A stretch of DNA of 64,000 nt. It comes from Tubulanus polymorphus. Taxonomy: Eukaryota > Animalia > Nemertea. The stretch covers positions 434,001 to 498,000 of the forward strand of contig NC_134027.1 in assembly GCF_964204645.1 (NCBI RefSeq). Direction: 5' to 3'. The translations under genes were made by a program, and so were the position numbers. Below are positions 48,501-62,139 of this stretch, one piece after another (positions within the stretch are counted from its first letter, which is position 1; every line of letters begins with the position of its first letter). Under the pieces are notes generated by a model. It saw nothing but the letters and a program-made list of their open reading frames with translations, had not been told where the DNA came from and ran no database searches.

Positions 48501-51500
48501 ATTTATTATCGTGTTGTGTTGTTTATTCTGAGTGCGATCTGTGGTGATTCAACCACTTGGTCCTCTCAAGTTTTTTCCCCATCCAAATTTTTGAATCCGT
48601 TTGCGCCGTTTTGACTGAAGTGATCTTTAAATTTGTATTAGTTCTAAGACTTAGACAGGTCTTAAATTCTTTCAGTTGCGGCCACCTCTCGACAAAAATC
48701 TATTGTACTAATCCTTAATAACTTATAATCGCATGCGTCGAAAGGTGGCTGTCATAGATGGAATAAGAGATATAATCAGTGTCTAAGATGAATACAATTG
48801 CGTTTAATTTGAAACTGCTAAACAGTTGCAGTAAGAGTTAAATAACGATCATCGCTGTATCTATGCTTGTGATGCTTGTTTCACCCTCAGTAATTACAGA
48901 GCTGCCAACTGTTACTGATTGCCAGTATTAGTTAGTATTTTATAACGAGAAATACTGATCTGATTTGTGAAGGTCTTGCCGTTGATTACTGATTAATTGA
49001 ACATTCCTTTGATATTTCAATGAAACGTTACTGAAAAAAATTCGATTTGCTACTGATAGGACTTTTCAAAGGTTGGCAGCCCTGTAGTTATCTTGGTCTC
49101 GCAACTTTACCACCTCAGTACCGGCGACGCTTCACTCGTAATCCTCGCCTTCCATTCCGCGCATTTAGCTATCCTCGCTTGCCGGGGTTTAATTGGTTCT
49201 GCCCAATCAGATGCGTTGTTTTTCTACCAATAAGGGGCGCCAATTTAAACCCCGGCAAGCGAGGATTAATTTGTCAGCGTTGCCACCGTTAGCTCCAGTA
49301 CTGTGCCATTGTCAGTTAGACTGGGTCTGAAATGGTGGTGGCAAGCTGCAGGTCTGGACTGCGCGACCAACATTTTCCGTTCCTACATCCGAAATCTACA
49401 CGTTTTCTTGTAGACTGGTTGCAGGTTGCTAGTTTACATTAGACTGGTTGCCGGTCTCTTCCTGTAGACCGTTTACCGGTCTCTATCTTTCATTAGAGAC
49501 TTGTTGTGCCCATCCTCCATTTTACATTTTCGATGCATGTCAAATAAGGTCAAACATGTTAAGTAGCAAGTTACTTCCTGGTTAAGATGGCGTCTCTTCG
49601 AATCTGCTTGGCTTCGAGCGATATTAAAATTGCCCTTTATAATGGACGGAAAGACATTAATTGCTAAGTATCAGATAAATCCGCTGATAATTTACCTGGT
49701 ACTCGAAATACCGACTAACAAGGATCGAAATCTAATGCGAGGTGAGCTCTGCCGCGACCGTCACTGAATACAGAACATTCTGAAGGAACAGAGGACATCC
49801 TTCCTATAACTACCGTTCGTGGGATGTATTTAGTGAATTGATGTTTTAATACAGTGTTGTAAAATGACTATATTTAGTATCTGAATAAAGTTTACAATTG
49901 CTGAACTCCTTAGTGCTTTGTTAGATCAGATATTTGGATCCACCTCAGCCTACTGATTTCCTGATACAGACAGCAAGTTGGGACAGTCAAATTAAGAGAT
50001 TTGGTCAAGACAAGTTACTCAGATCACACTGGAAATTCGCAATATCCTCTCTCCTCATGGACCACACATTGTCAATGTTGACTTTGCTAGAAATCGATTA
50101 TAAAATTCACCACGACCAATTCTTTTTCACTGAATTCAATATTTATTGTTCACTTCTGGTACAAAATCTTGTTCAGCCCCTGACAAGAGAATAAACAATG
50201 ACACTACGTATTTCATGACATAGAACAGTAGTTTTTTTTCATCGACAAATTGGGACGATCCTGATATCCCTGATTTGAATGATAGTGGCTTTAGAATCAT
50301 AAAGACCATGTCTCGACCAGACAGATAATCCAATCACAATTCAAATTGAAGGCTCGCTAGTGCAGTTATTCACAGAATCCAGCTCTTTAAACCTCATCAG
50401 TTTATCAGAATCGAGGAGTTTCACCGCCTGTTATTTGGAATTTCATTTCATGACAGCTAGTGCTGATTCTTTATTCTCTTTGATTACTGCATGATGTTAT
50501 CATTCTGAAATTAAAATACATATCACACTTATAATTAAACCTGGATTGACTTTACAAATTAATGGTTCAGAATCCATTTTTCAAACTTACCTTGATTAGC
50601 ATTTGATTCTCTATATATCGTCAGAACATGGACTCAGAGTGTTTCTTTAATGGTTAAGAATGTCTCTTTAACCAACATCCCCCTCGCCTGCTTCCTACAT
50701 ATCCCTTCCCTTTCCTCCTGATTACCTTTGATCCCCACTGCCTAGCAGCTAACAGCTGCTGCTATTTTATCTGGTTTACATGTTTTGCAAATAGTGTCTG
50801 TTATGCTATAGTTGTTCTTTTAATTGTTTAACTTCTTCATCTGAAATTTCATTATTCTCATTTCAGTTTCACGCAGGAAATGGTTCATGAAAATCTGCAT
50901 TGAGACTGGGACGAAATGTGCATTGAGACGGATGAAATCTGCATGAACAGAGATATACTTTAAGATCCCCATTTTATCCATCGGAGTGAATGTACATCCA
51001 CTACTCACAGGTAGCAAACCTACAAACGCTAAACACTCATCCCTGGGCCCTGATTCAAAAATAAAAATAAAAGATTAAATTAAGAATTAACAATTTTATG
51101 AATCAGTGATCAGTTTCATAAAATAAGTCCTAAATTAATTTTAGGGGTTTATTATTTCATATTGAAATGAATTCTTCATGTTTATGCAATTCTCATTATC
51201 TTTCATTGCAGCATTTATATATTCATTTTTAATCATACATGTGAAATATATAATGTATTTTCAGGGAAACGTAAACAAGAAAGGAAGGGAAGAAAGAGAA
51301 GGGAAGAAAGAGTTGGATGATTAATGCGCACTTATTCTCCATTCCGAATTCCTGTATTCGACTCTAGGTGATCATCATACGAACGAGATATAGAAAAAAA
51401 ACATTACTGAAGTCATCTCTATTTTTTAGTCTCAATTTGTATTTCTAATTCAATTTACTAAGTGTGTAAGTCATCATTTGGAAGTGTAAGTCATAATTTG

Positions 51501-54500
51501 GATAAATCGTCACATTACTGAAGTCATCCCTATTTTTTAGTCTCAATTTGTATTCAGTTTACTTCAGATAACGTAATTTGGTTTAATCACAAGTCGTCAA
51601 CATTATAATCAATGTAACTACAGTGACTACATTATTGTCCTTTTATTGAGAAATTTATGTTAATTTTTGATTTCTGGGATAAATCAAAATTCAAATGTTA
51701 TCATTTTTTGTATCAAAAATTGTAAACAATTGAATAACTTGTGTGCTATTGAAACATTCAGTTATGGTTAGTTTTTAGCTCAGAAAACTTTGAGCCTGTT
51801 TATACAAGTGTTGTAACAAGTGTTGAACAATTCAAAGATCATGTTTTTTATACTTTGTCATGTTAGAAAAAATGTTTTCTAGTATATTGATGTTTCTAAA
51901 AAAACATATTATTCAACTTTAAAAGGCCAACAAGCCTTCTAATAAAACTAGTTTGTCATATATATATTACTTGGTCATTGTCAAGTTTTTTAAAAAATAT
52001 TTTGGTTTTCTCAGCTTTCTCTGGTGGAAATTTCTTCGTGGAATTCCTCTTCTATACAAGTTCCTCCTCAGACTGTTTTTATGCGAGAGTTTATAACAAC
52101 CGGATCCTCAGAAAATGGTCGGAGTGCCAAGTCTTCGATTTAAGATCACCAGTCTTATCTGAGACCATAAGTTCACTAGCAAGTTTCACTAGCGATTCCA
52201 ACAGCTATAGGATGGAACAGTATTATTATATAGGTCACCACTGTGCAATTGAGCCCAGATCATCAGAAAAAGATAGTGAAGATGTGATGGGATTCATTGA
52301 AAATTTTGCATATATAATTAATTCATTGAACTACTTAATTTGTATGATTTATTTTTTGGGAATTTTCGAATTTGTCATCAATAACTAGTATATATTTCTT
52401 TTCAAGTTGTGAGCGATCTAGTTCTCTGTCGACCCATTGAAAATGAATCGACTCTGACCTGTAGAACTGGACCCAGGGAGCTGAATCTCGCGTGCCACAG
52501 CAAGATACAGAGCTCTTCAATGTCTTAACCTTCAGGTGCTGCCCCTAAACAAATCAATAGCGGTAAATCTGTGAACTAACTTATAGCTCGCTTGCCAGAG
52601 TAGAATCATAGCGAGCTGTCTAAAATCTTGAACCGTCTAGTGCTGCCACTTAATCGATATGTATCGGAAAAGTGAATTTATTACTCGCATGCCACAGTAG
52701 TTGTGTAGTTGGAACATCATGATAGACTCGTTTTTCTGTGCAGCTATAACGGGAGCTATTTCAGATCTGACAATGAATATAAACTCAATCACAGTTCGAT
52801 AACAAACGCCGCTGGGTGGAATCGATGTAAACAAATAATCGTGTTGAAATTGAATTTAGTTTAAGATATATTTTCGTGGTAGTTTTTATTTTCAAGCTGT
52901 TTACGTTCACTTCAAATGATGAAACGATGAAACTATATTAAATACATCCCTGTTTTAGTGGGGATTTTGAGTTTTGGTCCTTTCCGTATCTTCTAGAAAC
53001 ATCAAGTAGAAAGGCATTAACTGAACCCTATGTCTTTAACTTCAGGAGTCTATGGAGTTTTCGGATGCCTCTTTTCCTCACTTCTTGCATTCGTCACCAT
53101 TAGAAATCTGGACAAACTGAATTCAGTTGACGAGGCCGAAGAACAGAAGACCAAAGAGTGATCTGCACTAGCCGCAGGGTTCGTGTTGGCTTGAATCGGT
53201 GGGAGGCAATCAAACCCCGACACGTGAAGATGTCATCCTCAAAAATAAGGATACCGGGACGCTTCTCTGGTTTACGATGATTAGTCTGCAGGGATAACTC
53301 TTCGGCGGGGCGTGATCGCGTGAATAGCCCAAACTAAACCTTCAGAGTTCACTGTACTACAGCATACAACATCTGATAACTTGCATAATAAAGCGCGGCG
53401 TGCATGAAAAGAATTGTATAAATGCGGGCAAGATTCCGTGCCCTGGCAATCGAACGCCAGAGTGGAGGTATTCCATACACTGGTAGGTGAGTCGGAGCAT
53501 AGACTGTTTGCCTGTCCCATAGACTGGTTGCCGGTCTCTACCTTCAGTTAGAGACCGGTTGATCCCATCCTCCATTTTACATTTTCCATGCATGTCAAAC
53601 ATGTCAGTATCGAGTTACTTCCGGGTTAAAATGGCGTCTCATCGAATAAGCGAAACTAGGAGTAATATCAAAATCGCGCTGGAATGATTGATTACAGTAA
53701 ATCAGCTGATTATCTATGAATCATAAATGTAAACAGCAAACAAAAGGAAATTTAAAGACCGAAGAATAGGCATTAATTGCTGTAAGTATCGAAATAATCC
53801 GCTGATATTTACTCGGAATTCAAACTGACAACTGAATTGATACTTATTCATTTTGTAGGTAAGAAAAAGGGCTCAGCCGCGATAGTCATTCTGAAGGAAC
53901 TTGGCCGAAGGGGGACATGCTTTCTTTATAAACCGTATGTGAAATATATTCAGTGAATTGTTTTGTTAATGATGTGAAAATCACTAAAGTCTGAATAAAG
54001 TTTACAATAGTTGAACTCCTTTGTCAGTGTTTTGCGAGATCAGATATTTGGATCCACTGCAGCATCTTCACTTATATTCTCGATACAGACAATGAGTTGG
54101 GACAGACTTGGGTAAGACCAATAATTCAGATCATCTGGATATTCACAATATTTTCCTCTCCTCATGGACCAACATGATTTTTGCTAGAAATTGAGTATAA
54201 AATCGATCAAGAAAAACTCTTTTTTACTGCCATTCTATATTTATTGTCCACTTCTAGTACAAAATCTAATTCAATATAAAGACAGCCTGACAAGACGATA
54301 CATATTTTGTGACATTGCAAATTGTGTGACAACAGAATGACTCTGATATCTCTAACTTAACTCGAATCACAAAGACCAAGTCTTGACCAGACAGTAGGTC
54401 TAAATCCATGCTCGCTCGTGTAGTTATTCATAAATTCCAGCTCTTTAAACCTCATCATCTCAGAATCAAGGAGTTTCATCGTTATTTGGAATCTAATTTC

Positions 54501-57337
54501 ATGACGATTAGTGCTGGATTCGTTAATCTCTTTGATTCGTGATTGACGTTACTTTCTGAAATTGAATCAATACACATATCACCAACAATTAAACCTGGAT
54601 TGACTTTTCAATTCATGTCCCATCCATTTTTCAAACTTACCATGATACAACGACAATTCATTCTGTGCACGTTGAGCTCATTCAATTTAATATTGAGTTG
54701 TATCTCAGAAAATCTTCATCAGAACACACACAATGACCTACAAATAGACAATCAACAGAATATTTATAAATAAGTATTCATTTACTGTTCACAAGTTTTA
54801 AAAGATATTGTCATTGAAGTGAAGTTACCTGTCGTATAATATTTTCACCACACTGTCACTGAAATTGACTGCTAATGTCCAGTGTCACATTCAGAATAAT
54901 CAATCAATCATCTTAAGTGAACTGACAAATTGCCGGTGTCGTGGCCTCTGCTGCATGGCTGTTTCAGTTCAGTACGTCAGTCAGTGGAGATTGGTTGTTC
55001 CATCTCAAGTTCGTTGTTGTTGTCGATTGACGACAGTTCATTCGAGCAGGGTAGATTTTGACGGCGCTGTAACGGAGACATCTTGAATTGTATATCGATA
55101 TTTTCGAAGCCACACGTAGTACAGGTGCCCGCAGAAAGGTTACCTGATAGTTTTGGTCGAGTTTCTTTCTTCATTGGTGTAAAAATCGACTTTTAAGCGG
55201 TCCATGGAACGTAAATCGAGACACTCTGGAGGCGGCCATGTTACATTGTTCACGTGATGAAATACTGAAATCTGATTGGATCCGTACATTCCGTGGAAGA
55301 TGGCGGACGGGTTAAACCTGTCCTATTCTGACTGCGAATGCAGGTGGCGCAGAATTGGACAGGCGACCAGTCTACCTGTCCCATAGAGACCGGTAACCAG
55401 TCTAGCCACCTCACGATCAGTCTACATTGAAAAACCATTACTGAAATATGGTTGACGGAAATATTCATTTTATATCAGATTCTGAAATATTTTCCCATAT
55501 TGATTACAAAATTTCTTCTTATCTTAATAAGATAAATCTGCAAAAGCTCAACAATTTGAATTAGTGAAAACCGATGTGCGAAGTCGTCAATTCAGTAGCC
55601 TGATAGAGCCCGGTAACCAGTCTAACTGTCAATGTTCATTGCGCGGGAATGAACGGGCAACCAGTCTACGATGAAAAATCATTTCTGAAAAATTATGAAC
55701 GGAGATATTCATTTTACTTTGAATTTTGAATTATCTTATAAAACTGACAGCCATATTAACCAAAGTATTAATAGTAAATCTGATAAAATCTAATACCGGT
55801 TTTAGAATAGGTGAAAACTGATTTATGTGATGCCGTCGGTTCAGAAGACTGATCCGTAGAATCGTTCGCCACTTTCTTCCGGTCCACTTACTTCCGCGTT
55901 TGTGATTTACATACAAGTAGTTTGAATGTTAAATGTATTAAGCCGCGTGTTGATTGGTTGAGGTCAGTGCGGTTTACTGAACGATGACCAGCTGTCAGCT
56001 GATCGAATCATTCGTTTCACAGACATTACGACGTAAGTATATTTTACATCTTTGATCAAAAATTGTTGTGAAGAAACTCAAAACTAAGGCCTCTATAAAT
56101 GATCGATTGACTTTAAATGATTACTTTAGCACAGCTCTTGTAGACAATGATTAGGTGTCATAGTAGTTTAGCTCGAAAGTGCACATATAAGGTTAATTTT
56201 CATCCGTTATTTAGAGACCGAGGTATTGAGCGTCCATTTCAGCCCTTAAAACATCATCAACCTACCTCAAACTGACTGTTTTTAAATCCAGCAATAGTTA
56301 CCTAACTATTGACTCATCATGGATTCGATTCAAAAACAATTTTTGATGATCATAGTGATTCGAAACATTTGAATTTTTGAAAAACGCGAATGCTAAACGA
56401 CGGATCCGGACTTCGATTGCGGCCCAATGGCAGAGTTGATTTTTTTATTTGGAATTTGAAGATATAAATCACTGAAATCAATTGGTTTTTTCAACCAAAA
56501 TTAAAATTAAGAAGAATTTAGGATGGAGATGTTTGATTTTCATTTTGTCTAAAATGCCGATTTAAAAATTGATTTAATTGAATCAAATTAATGAATTCAT
56601 CATTTCACGATATTATAGATAATCAAAATGTGAATATGAAATAACCTTTTCAATCGCTGTTTTTGGGTAAGATCGCAGTTTTTAGGTTAGATCGCTGTTT
56701 TGTGGTTAGATCACTGTTTTTGGTTAGATTGCTGTTTTGTGTTAGATCGCTGTTTTGTGTTAGATCGCAGTTTTTAGGTTAGATCGCAGTTTTTGGGTTA
56801 GACCGCAGTTTTTTTGTTAGATCGCAGGTTTTAAGTTAGATCACAGTTTTTAGGTTAGATTGCTGTTTTGTGTTAGATCACTGTTTTTGTGTTAGATCGC
56901 AGTTTTGTGTTAGATCGCTGTTTTAGGTTAGATCGCTGTTTTTAGGTTAGATCACAGTTTTTAGGTTACATTGCAGTATTTAGGTTAGACCGCACTTTTT
57001 TTGTTATATCGCAGTTTTTAGGTTAGATCGCTGTTTTGTGTTAGATCACTGTTTTTGTGTTAGATTGCTGTTTTGTGTTAGATCGCTGTTTTGGGTTAGA
57101 TCACAGTTTTTGTGTTAGATCGCTGTTTTTGGGTTAGATCACTATTTTTGTGTTAGATAGCTGTTTTTAGGTTAGATTGCTGTTTTTGGGTTAGATCGCT
57201 GTTTTTGGGTTAGATCGCTGTTTTGGGTTAGATCACAGTTTTTGGGTTAGATCGCTGTTTTGGGTTAGATCACAGTTTTTGTGTTAGATCGCTGTTTTTG
57301 GGTTAAATTGCTGTTTTTGTGTTAGATCATTGTTTTT

Positions 57338-58460
57338 GGTTTACCTTTGTCAGCGATATGAAGTTGGCATTGAGCCAATTTCATGTAAAATCGCGGTACG
57401 TTTTTTTATGTGAGCATTTGTTTCATTGGTTCTCGGGTTAAACGACGTATAATCGATGCGCTTGAAGACATGACGAACCTCCGTCTATGTACATGATCAA
57501 CTTTGTTAAAATTCTACGATAAACTGTTTTTGGCGGGAAAATTCTTAGCTCTCGCGTATAAAATTGCAATGACCTCGATTGGGGGCGTTGTCTCTACGAG
57601 CGAATGTGATTGGCTGTTTTTGGGATATACGGGGATTCCGGTGCTACTAAAATAATTATGGGAAAGCCGGAATGGCGAACGTTTAATTGGACTAGGTGCC
57701 GTATACATGCAAATTTCAAATGCTCATTGCTGATGAGAATGTAATTATTATCCACCATAGGTAATGTTTCATTTTAATACCCGGAGATTGATTTGATTGA
57801 CACTGAAGTACAAGCGAACATTCACTTACACAAGGCCTCCACGTGCGCGCGGAGTGCTATAGACTGTTGCATACACAAACACACGCTCGTACAGTATACA
57901 CTACTATAGTGATACTGTAAACGCTGCTTGCTGGCGCGTCTGACATTTCATCAACAGAAGATGAGCGCTATGTTTTCTGTTTGATATAATTTATAATAAA
58001 TTGTAATTTCTTGTGACCTGAAAATATTAAGCAGAAAACTACAAGTATAGGTCGAGGTCTGAATATTGTAGTAGTAAATTCCAGGATTTAAAACGATCTA
58101 ATACGCCAATTTCTTACTGCGCCGGTTTAGATTCCGCGGCCATACATTGCAAGAGGTTTCCAAGACTAAGTATTCAGCCACCCTCTGATATGTGACACCA
58201 TGTGAATTTTGTTTGAATATTTTTTCATATTTTGAAAAATATTTCTTTGAACATATAAAATAGTTTCCGTGCCGTGCCTACCTGTACCCTACGAAATGTA
58301 TCTTTTTGGTCTTATTTGACAACAAAATAATTCTTTGAGAAAGATGAAATACAACATAGAACTTTGAAGTCACGAATTAAACAGATTTTTCAAGCAATGC
58401 CCTTACCCCAAACAACCTCTAGCTTTCAAGGTAAACCACACTTTGCCCATGGGCAATTTA
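57338..58460 (+). mobile_element. Non-autonomous Helentron-like insertion, present only in copy 2
   Basis: Inserted in a T-run of the satellite, with the empty site at ~12737. SubTIRs ggtttacctt / aaggtaaacc, then hairpin ttgcccatgggcaa and a T-rich end. No TSD beyond the T's. Confidence 0.85.
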
Positions 58461-59828
58461 TTTGTGTTAGATCGCAGTTTTTAGGTTAGATCGCAGTTTT
58501 TGTGTTAGATCGCATTTTTGTGTTAGATCACTGGTTTTTTGTTAGATCGTAGTTTTTAGGTTAGATCGCTGTTTTGTGTTAGATCGCTGTATTTAGGTTA
58601 GATCGCAGTTTTTGTGTTAGATCACTGTTTTTGTGTAAGATAGCAGTTTTTAGGTTAGATCCCAGTTTTTAAGTTAGATCGCCGTTTTGGGTTAGATCAC
58701 AGTTTTTGTGTTAGATCGCAGTATTTAGGTTAAATTGCTGTTTTAAGGTTAGATGGCTCTTTTTCTGTTAGATCCCTTTTTTTTCTTAGATCGCAGTATT
58801 TAGGTTAGATAGCTGTGTTTAGGTTAGATCGCTGTTTTTAGGTTAGATCGCAGTTTTTGTATTAGATCGCTGTTTTTGGGTTAAAAAGCTGTTTTTGTGT
58901 TAGATTGGTGTTTTTGTGTTAGATCACTATTTTTGTGTTAGATCGCTGTTTTTGTGTTAGATCGATGTTTTTGGGTTAGATCGATGTTTTTGGGTTAGAT
59001 CGCTGTTTTTGGGTTAGATCACTGTTTTTGTGTTTTTGTCAATCATCATATCAAGATTTGCAATCCCAGTTGCCTTCACGTTTCATATAGAGAATTAGTG
59101 GATGTGGTGTCCCTGGACCCCTACATGCATCATATAGAGAATTAGTGGATGTGGTGTCCCTGGAACCCTACATGCACCATATAGAGAATTAGTGGATGTG
59201 GTGTCCCTGGACCCCTACATGCACCATATAGAGAATTAGTGGATGTGGTGTCCCTGGACCCCTACATGCATCATATAGAGAATTAGTGGATGTGGTGTCC
59301 CTGGACCCCTACATGCATCATATAGAGAATTAGTGGATGTGGTGTCCCTGGACCCCTACATGCATCATATAGAGAATTAGTGGATGTGGTGTCCCTGCAC
59401 CCCTACATGCACCATATAGAGAATTAGTGGATGTGGTGTTCCTGGACCCCTACATGCACCATATAGAGAATTAGTGGATGTGGTGTCCCTGGAACCCTAC
59501 ATGCACCATATAGAGAATTAGTGGATGTGGTGTCCCTGGACCCCTACATGCACCATATAGAGAATTAGTGGATGTGGTGTCCCTGGACCCCTACATGCAT
59601 CATATAGAGAATTAGTGGATGTGGTGTCCCTGGACCCCTACATGCATCATATAGAGAATTAGTGGATGTGGTGTCCCTGCACCCCTACATGCACCATATA
59701 GAGAATTAGTGGATGTGGTGTTCCTGGACCCCTACATGCACCATATAGAGAATTAGTTCACTGAACCAGAATAAGACTGACTGATATATTTTCAAAGGAT
59801 TTAATATTTTTACTTGTTTTTCTAGAAT

Positions 59829-62139
59829 ATGCCAAAAGCCATAAGAAAAACACGGGGCGCGGGCCCCTCACATTCGAGCCCGTATAATAAAGTAAGTACA
59901 AATTTACTGCTTCCATGCTTATTTATTCATCCAATACTTAGTATTTTGTACCCCTGGGTCCAGTTTCACAAAAAGGATTAACGCCTAAATCGATTTAAGA
60001 TAAACTGAATTAATGAAGAAATTAAATCGATTTAAGAGTTAAACCTGTTTGTGAAACTGGGCCCTGAATTGCATCTAGAATGAAAAATAAGAAAAAAAAA
60101 TATTGAAAATAACGTTGGTGAAATATTTCTGGATCTTTCTGGATTTCTGCTCAATGCATCGTTTAGTAAAATATCGATATTCTCTAAAAGTAAAGATATA
60201 AGAATAAAAATATTGTATTGAATCGTGATTAGTTACTGTATGCGCTGCTAGTTGTTGCCCAACCCATAGCCTCATTTCTCTCCATTCTAAATTTGCATTG
60301 TTTAACATTGCCTGGTTGCTATGGAAACTATTTATTTAAGTTTCTTTGTGGTATCCATGGCAACAGTAACGTTTAGGTAGTGGCACCAATTATGGGTCCC
60401 AACGTTCCCATGGCGATACATGAGAACATTTATCCTATTTTTGACCTTCATGACGTAAGATGGTAGTGAGTCGATGACGTCATTTTCGTCTCACCACTAA
60501 TGAAAAAAAAAAATGAAATGAAAAAAAGGAAGAAATGGTTAGAATTACGTTTATAAAATTTTTCTGGATCGGCTAAATGTATTGTTCCATTAAATATCGA
60601 CATTCTCTAAAATCATAGGCATCAATATCAAAATGATGATACAGCAGACTCCGCTTAACTCTGTTCTATTTGGACCATTAATTAACCGAATACCGACTTT
60701 TTAAATTTTAGGATTTTAACTTTAAGGATCAGAAAATGTGTATGCAATATCAACCGGGTACCGAGTAGGGTGGCCGAGTCTACTGTAGTCTGCTGCCCCC
60801 TCGAATCCATTACCTTATTATCTCTCAATTTGCATTGTTTGACCTCGTCTGGTTGCTATGGAAACTATTTAGTTATATCAGGAACGGTTTTTTCGAGGTA
60901 ACCAGTGGCAACATTTAACAGGCGTGTCCGTCCTAGAGATAAACTGTCTGATTTCACAGCCACATCCGTCCTGGAGATAAACTGTTAGATAAACTCTGAT
61001 TTCGCGTCCGTCCTATTTCTTGTCATTGTATGAATATGTTTTCTCTTTTATAGAGAACTCAACAACAACAACAACAACAGCAACAACAACAGCAGCAACA
61101 GCAACAAAAATTTGATATTTCTATGTCTGGGATTGACGTAAGTTATCGTAAACGCCTGTTTGAAGTCATCATTCTTGAGCTTGAAACCGAAATTTATATA
61201 TATAGAATATTAAACCCTGCTTCTGCTACTGACAGGTAATGTCCGTCATACATTACTGCATCGTCAAATCTATACCAGGGTGCACCCAGCCTGATCGTTC
61301 GCATCATCACATGCAAAGGGCTGATTATTTTGGAACCCAGTTTTTATCAGCTGGAACATTCTGCACATTCGACCATATTGATTGATAGCCCGTTATAGAC
61401 GAGTGGAGAAAAACTGGAAAACCAGTTCAATGTTACCTCATGGTAAACATAAGGGAATTTCAATGAGTTTAACTCACATTTACAGAGTTTTAACGAGGTT
61501 AGACTGAATTAACCATTATTCCATCAATGGTGTGTTCTGTCCATCAAGGCTCCTCAGACGCACCGAGCAGTCAAATGCAGCAGTAGCGCGAGGGTCGGGT
61601 GTTCTCGTGTGGGCAGATGGTCCGAACCCCAAAACCATTTACTTACACTATACAAATCAGATCAGGTTTTTAACATTGTCTTTGATTGTATTTTCAGTTT
61701 CTGCCGACAACGCCGCCAAGCGGTACTTCTACGCCGGTAAGTGATAACTATTTTCTAATAAATCACGCTTATTTCAATTTGTAATTTGAAAATAGAGGGC
61801 AGTAGCTGTTTTGCATAAATTATGCTAATTAGGAATAAAATCAAATTCGATTAAGTCTCATCATCGTAGAAGTCATATATTAATGATGCTATCTCTACAG
61901 TTGTCATTTAAATTAAGTGTTATATTTACTACTTAATTTGCTTCATGACCCAAAAGCCTCTACTATATAACTACTGGTTTTGTTCTAATCTTGGAGAATT
62001 TGCTGCAAAATTAACTTATCATTCGTTAATCAGTTTTTATCGAAAACCCGAATCAGTGATACATGCATTCATGAATATCCATCTAATATTTTGTTTTATT
62101 TTATCTTTACAGGATTTATCACCGATACAGCACGTGGAC
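59829..62139 (+). CDS. Second copy of the orphan gene, partial (exons 59829-59891, 61054-61137, 61698-61736, 62113-62139; continues beyond the window)
   Basis: Same splice sites. Reads MPKAIRKTRGAGPSHSSPYNK RTQ16KFDISMSGID FLPTTPPSGTSTP DLSPIQHVD. Confidence 0.82.
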
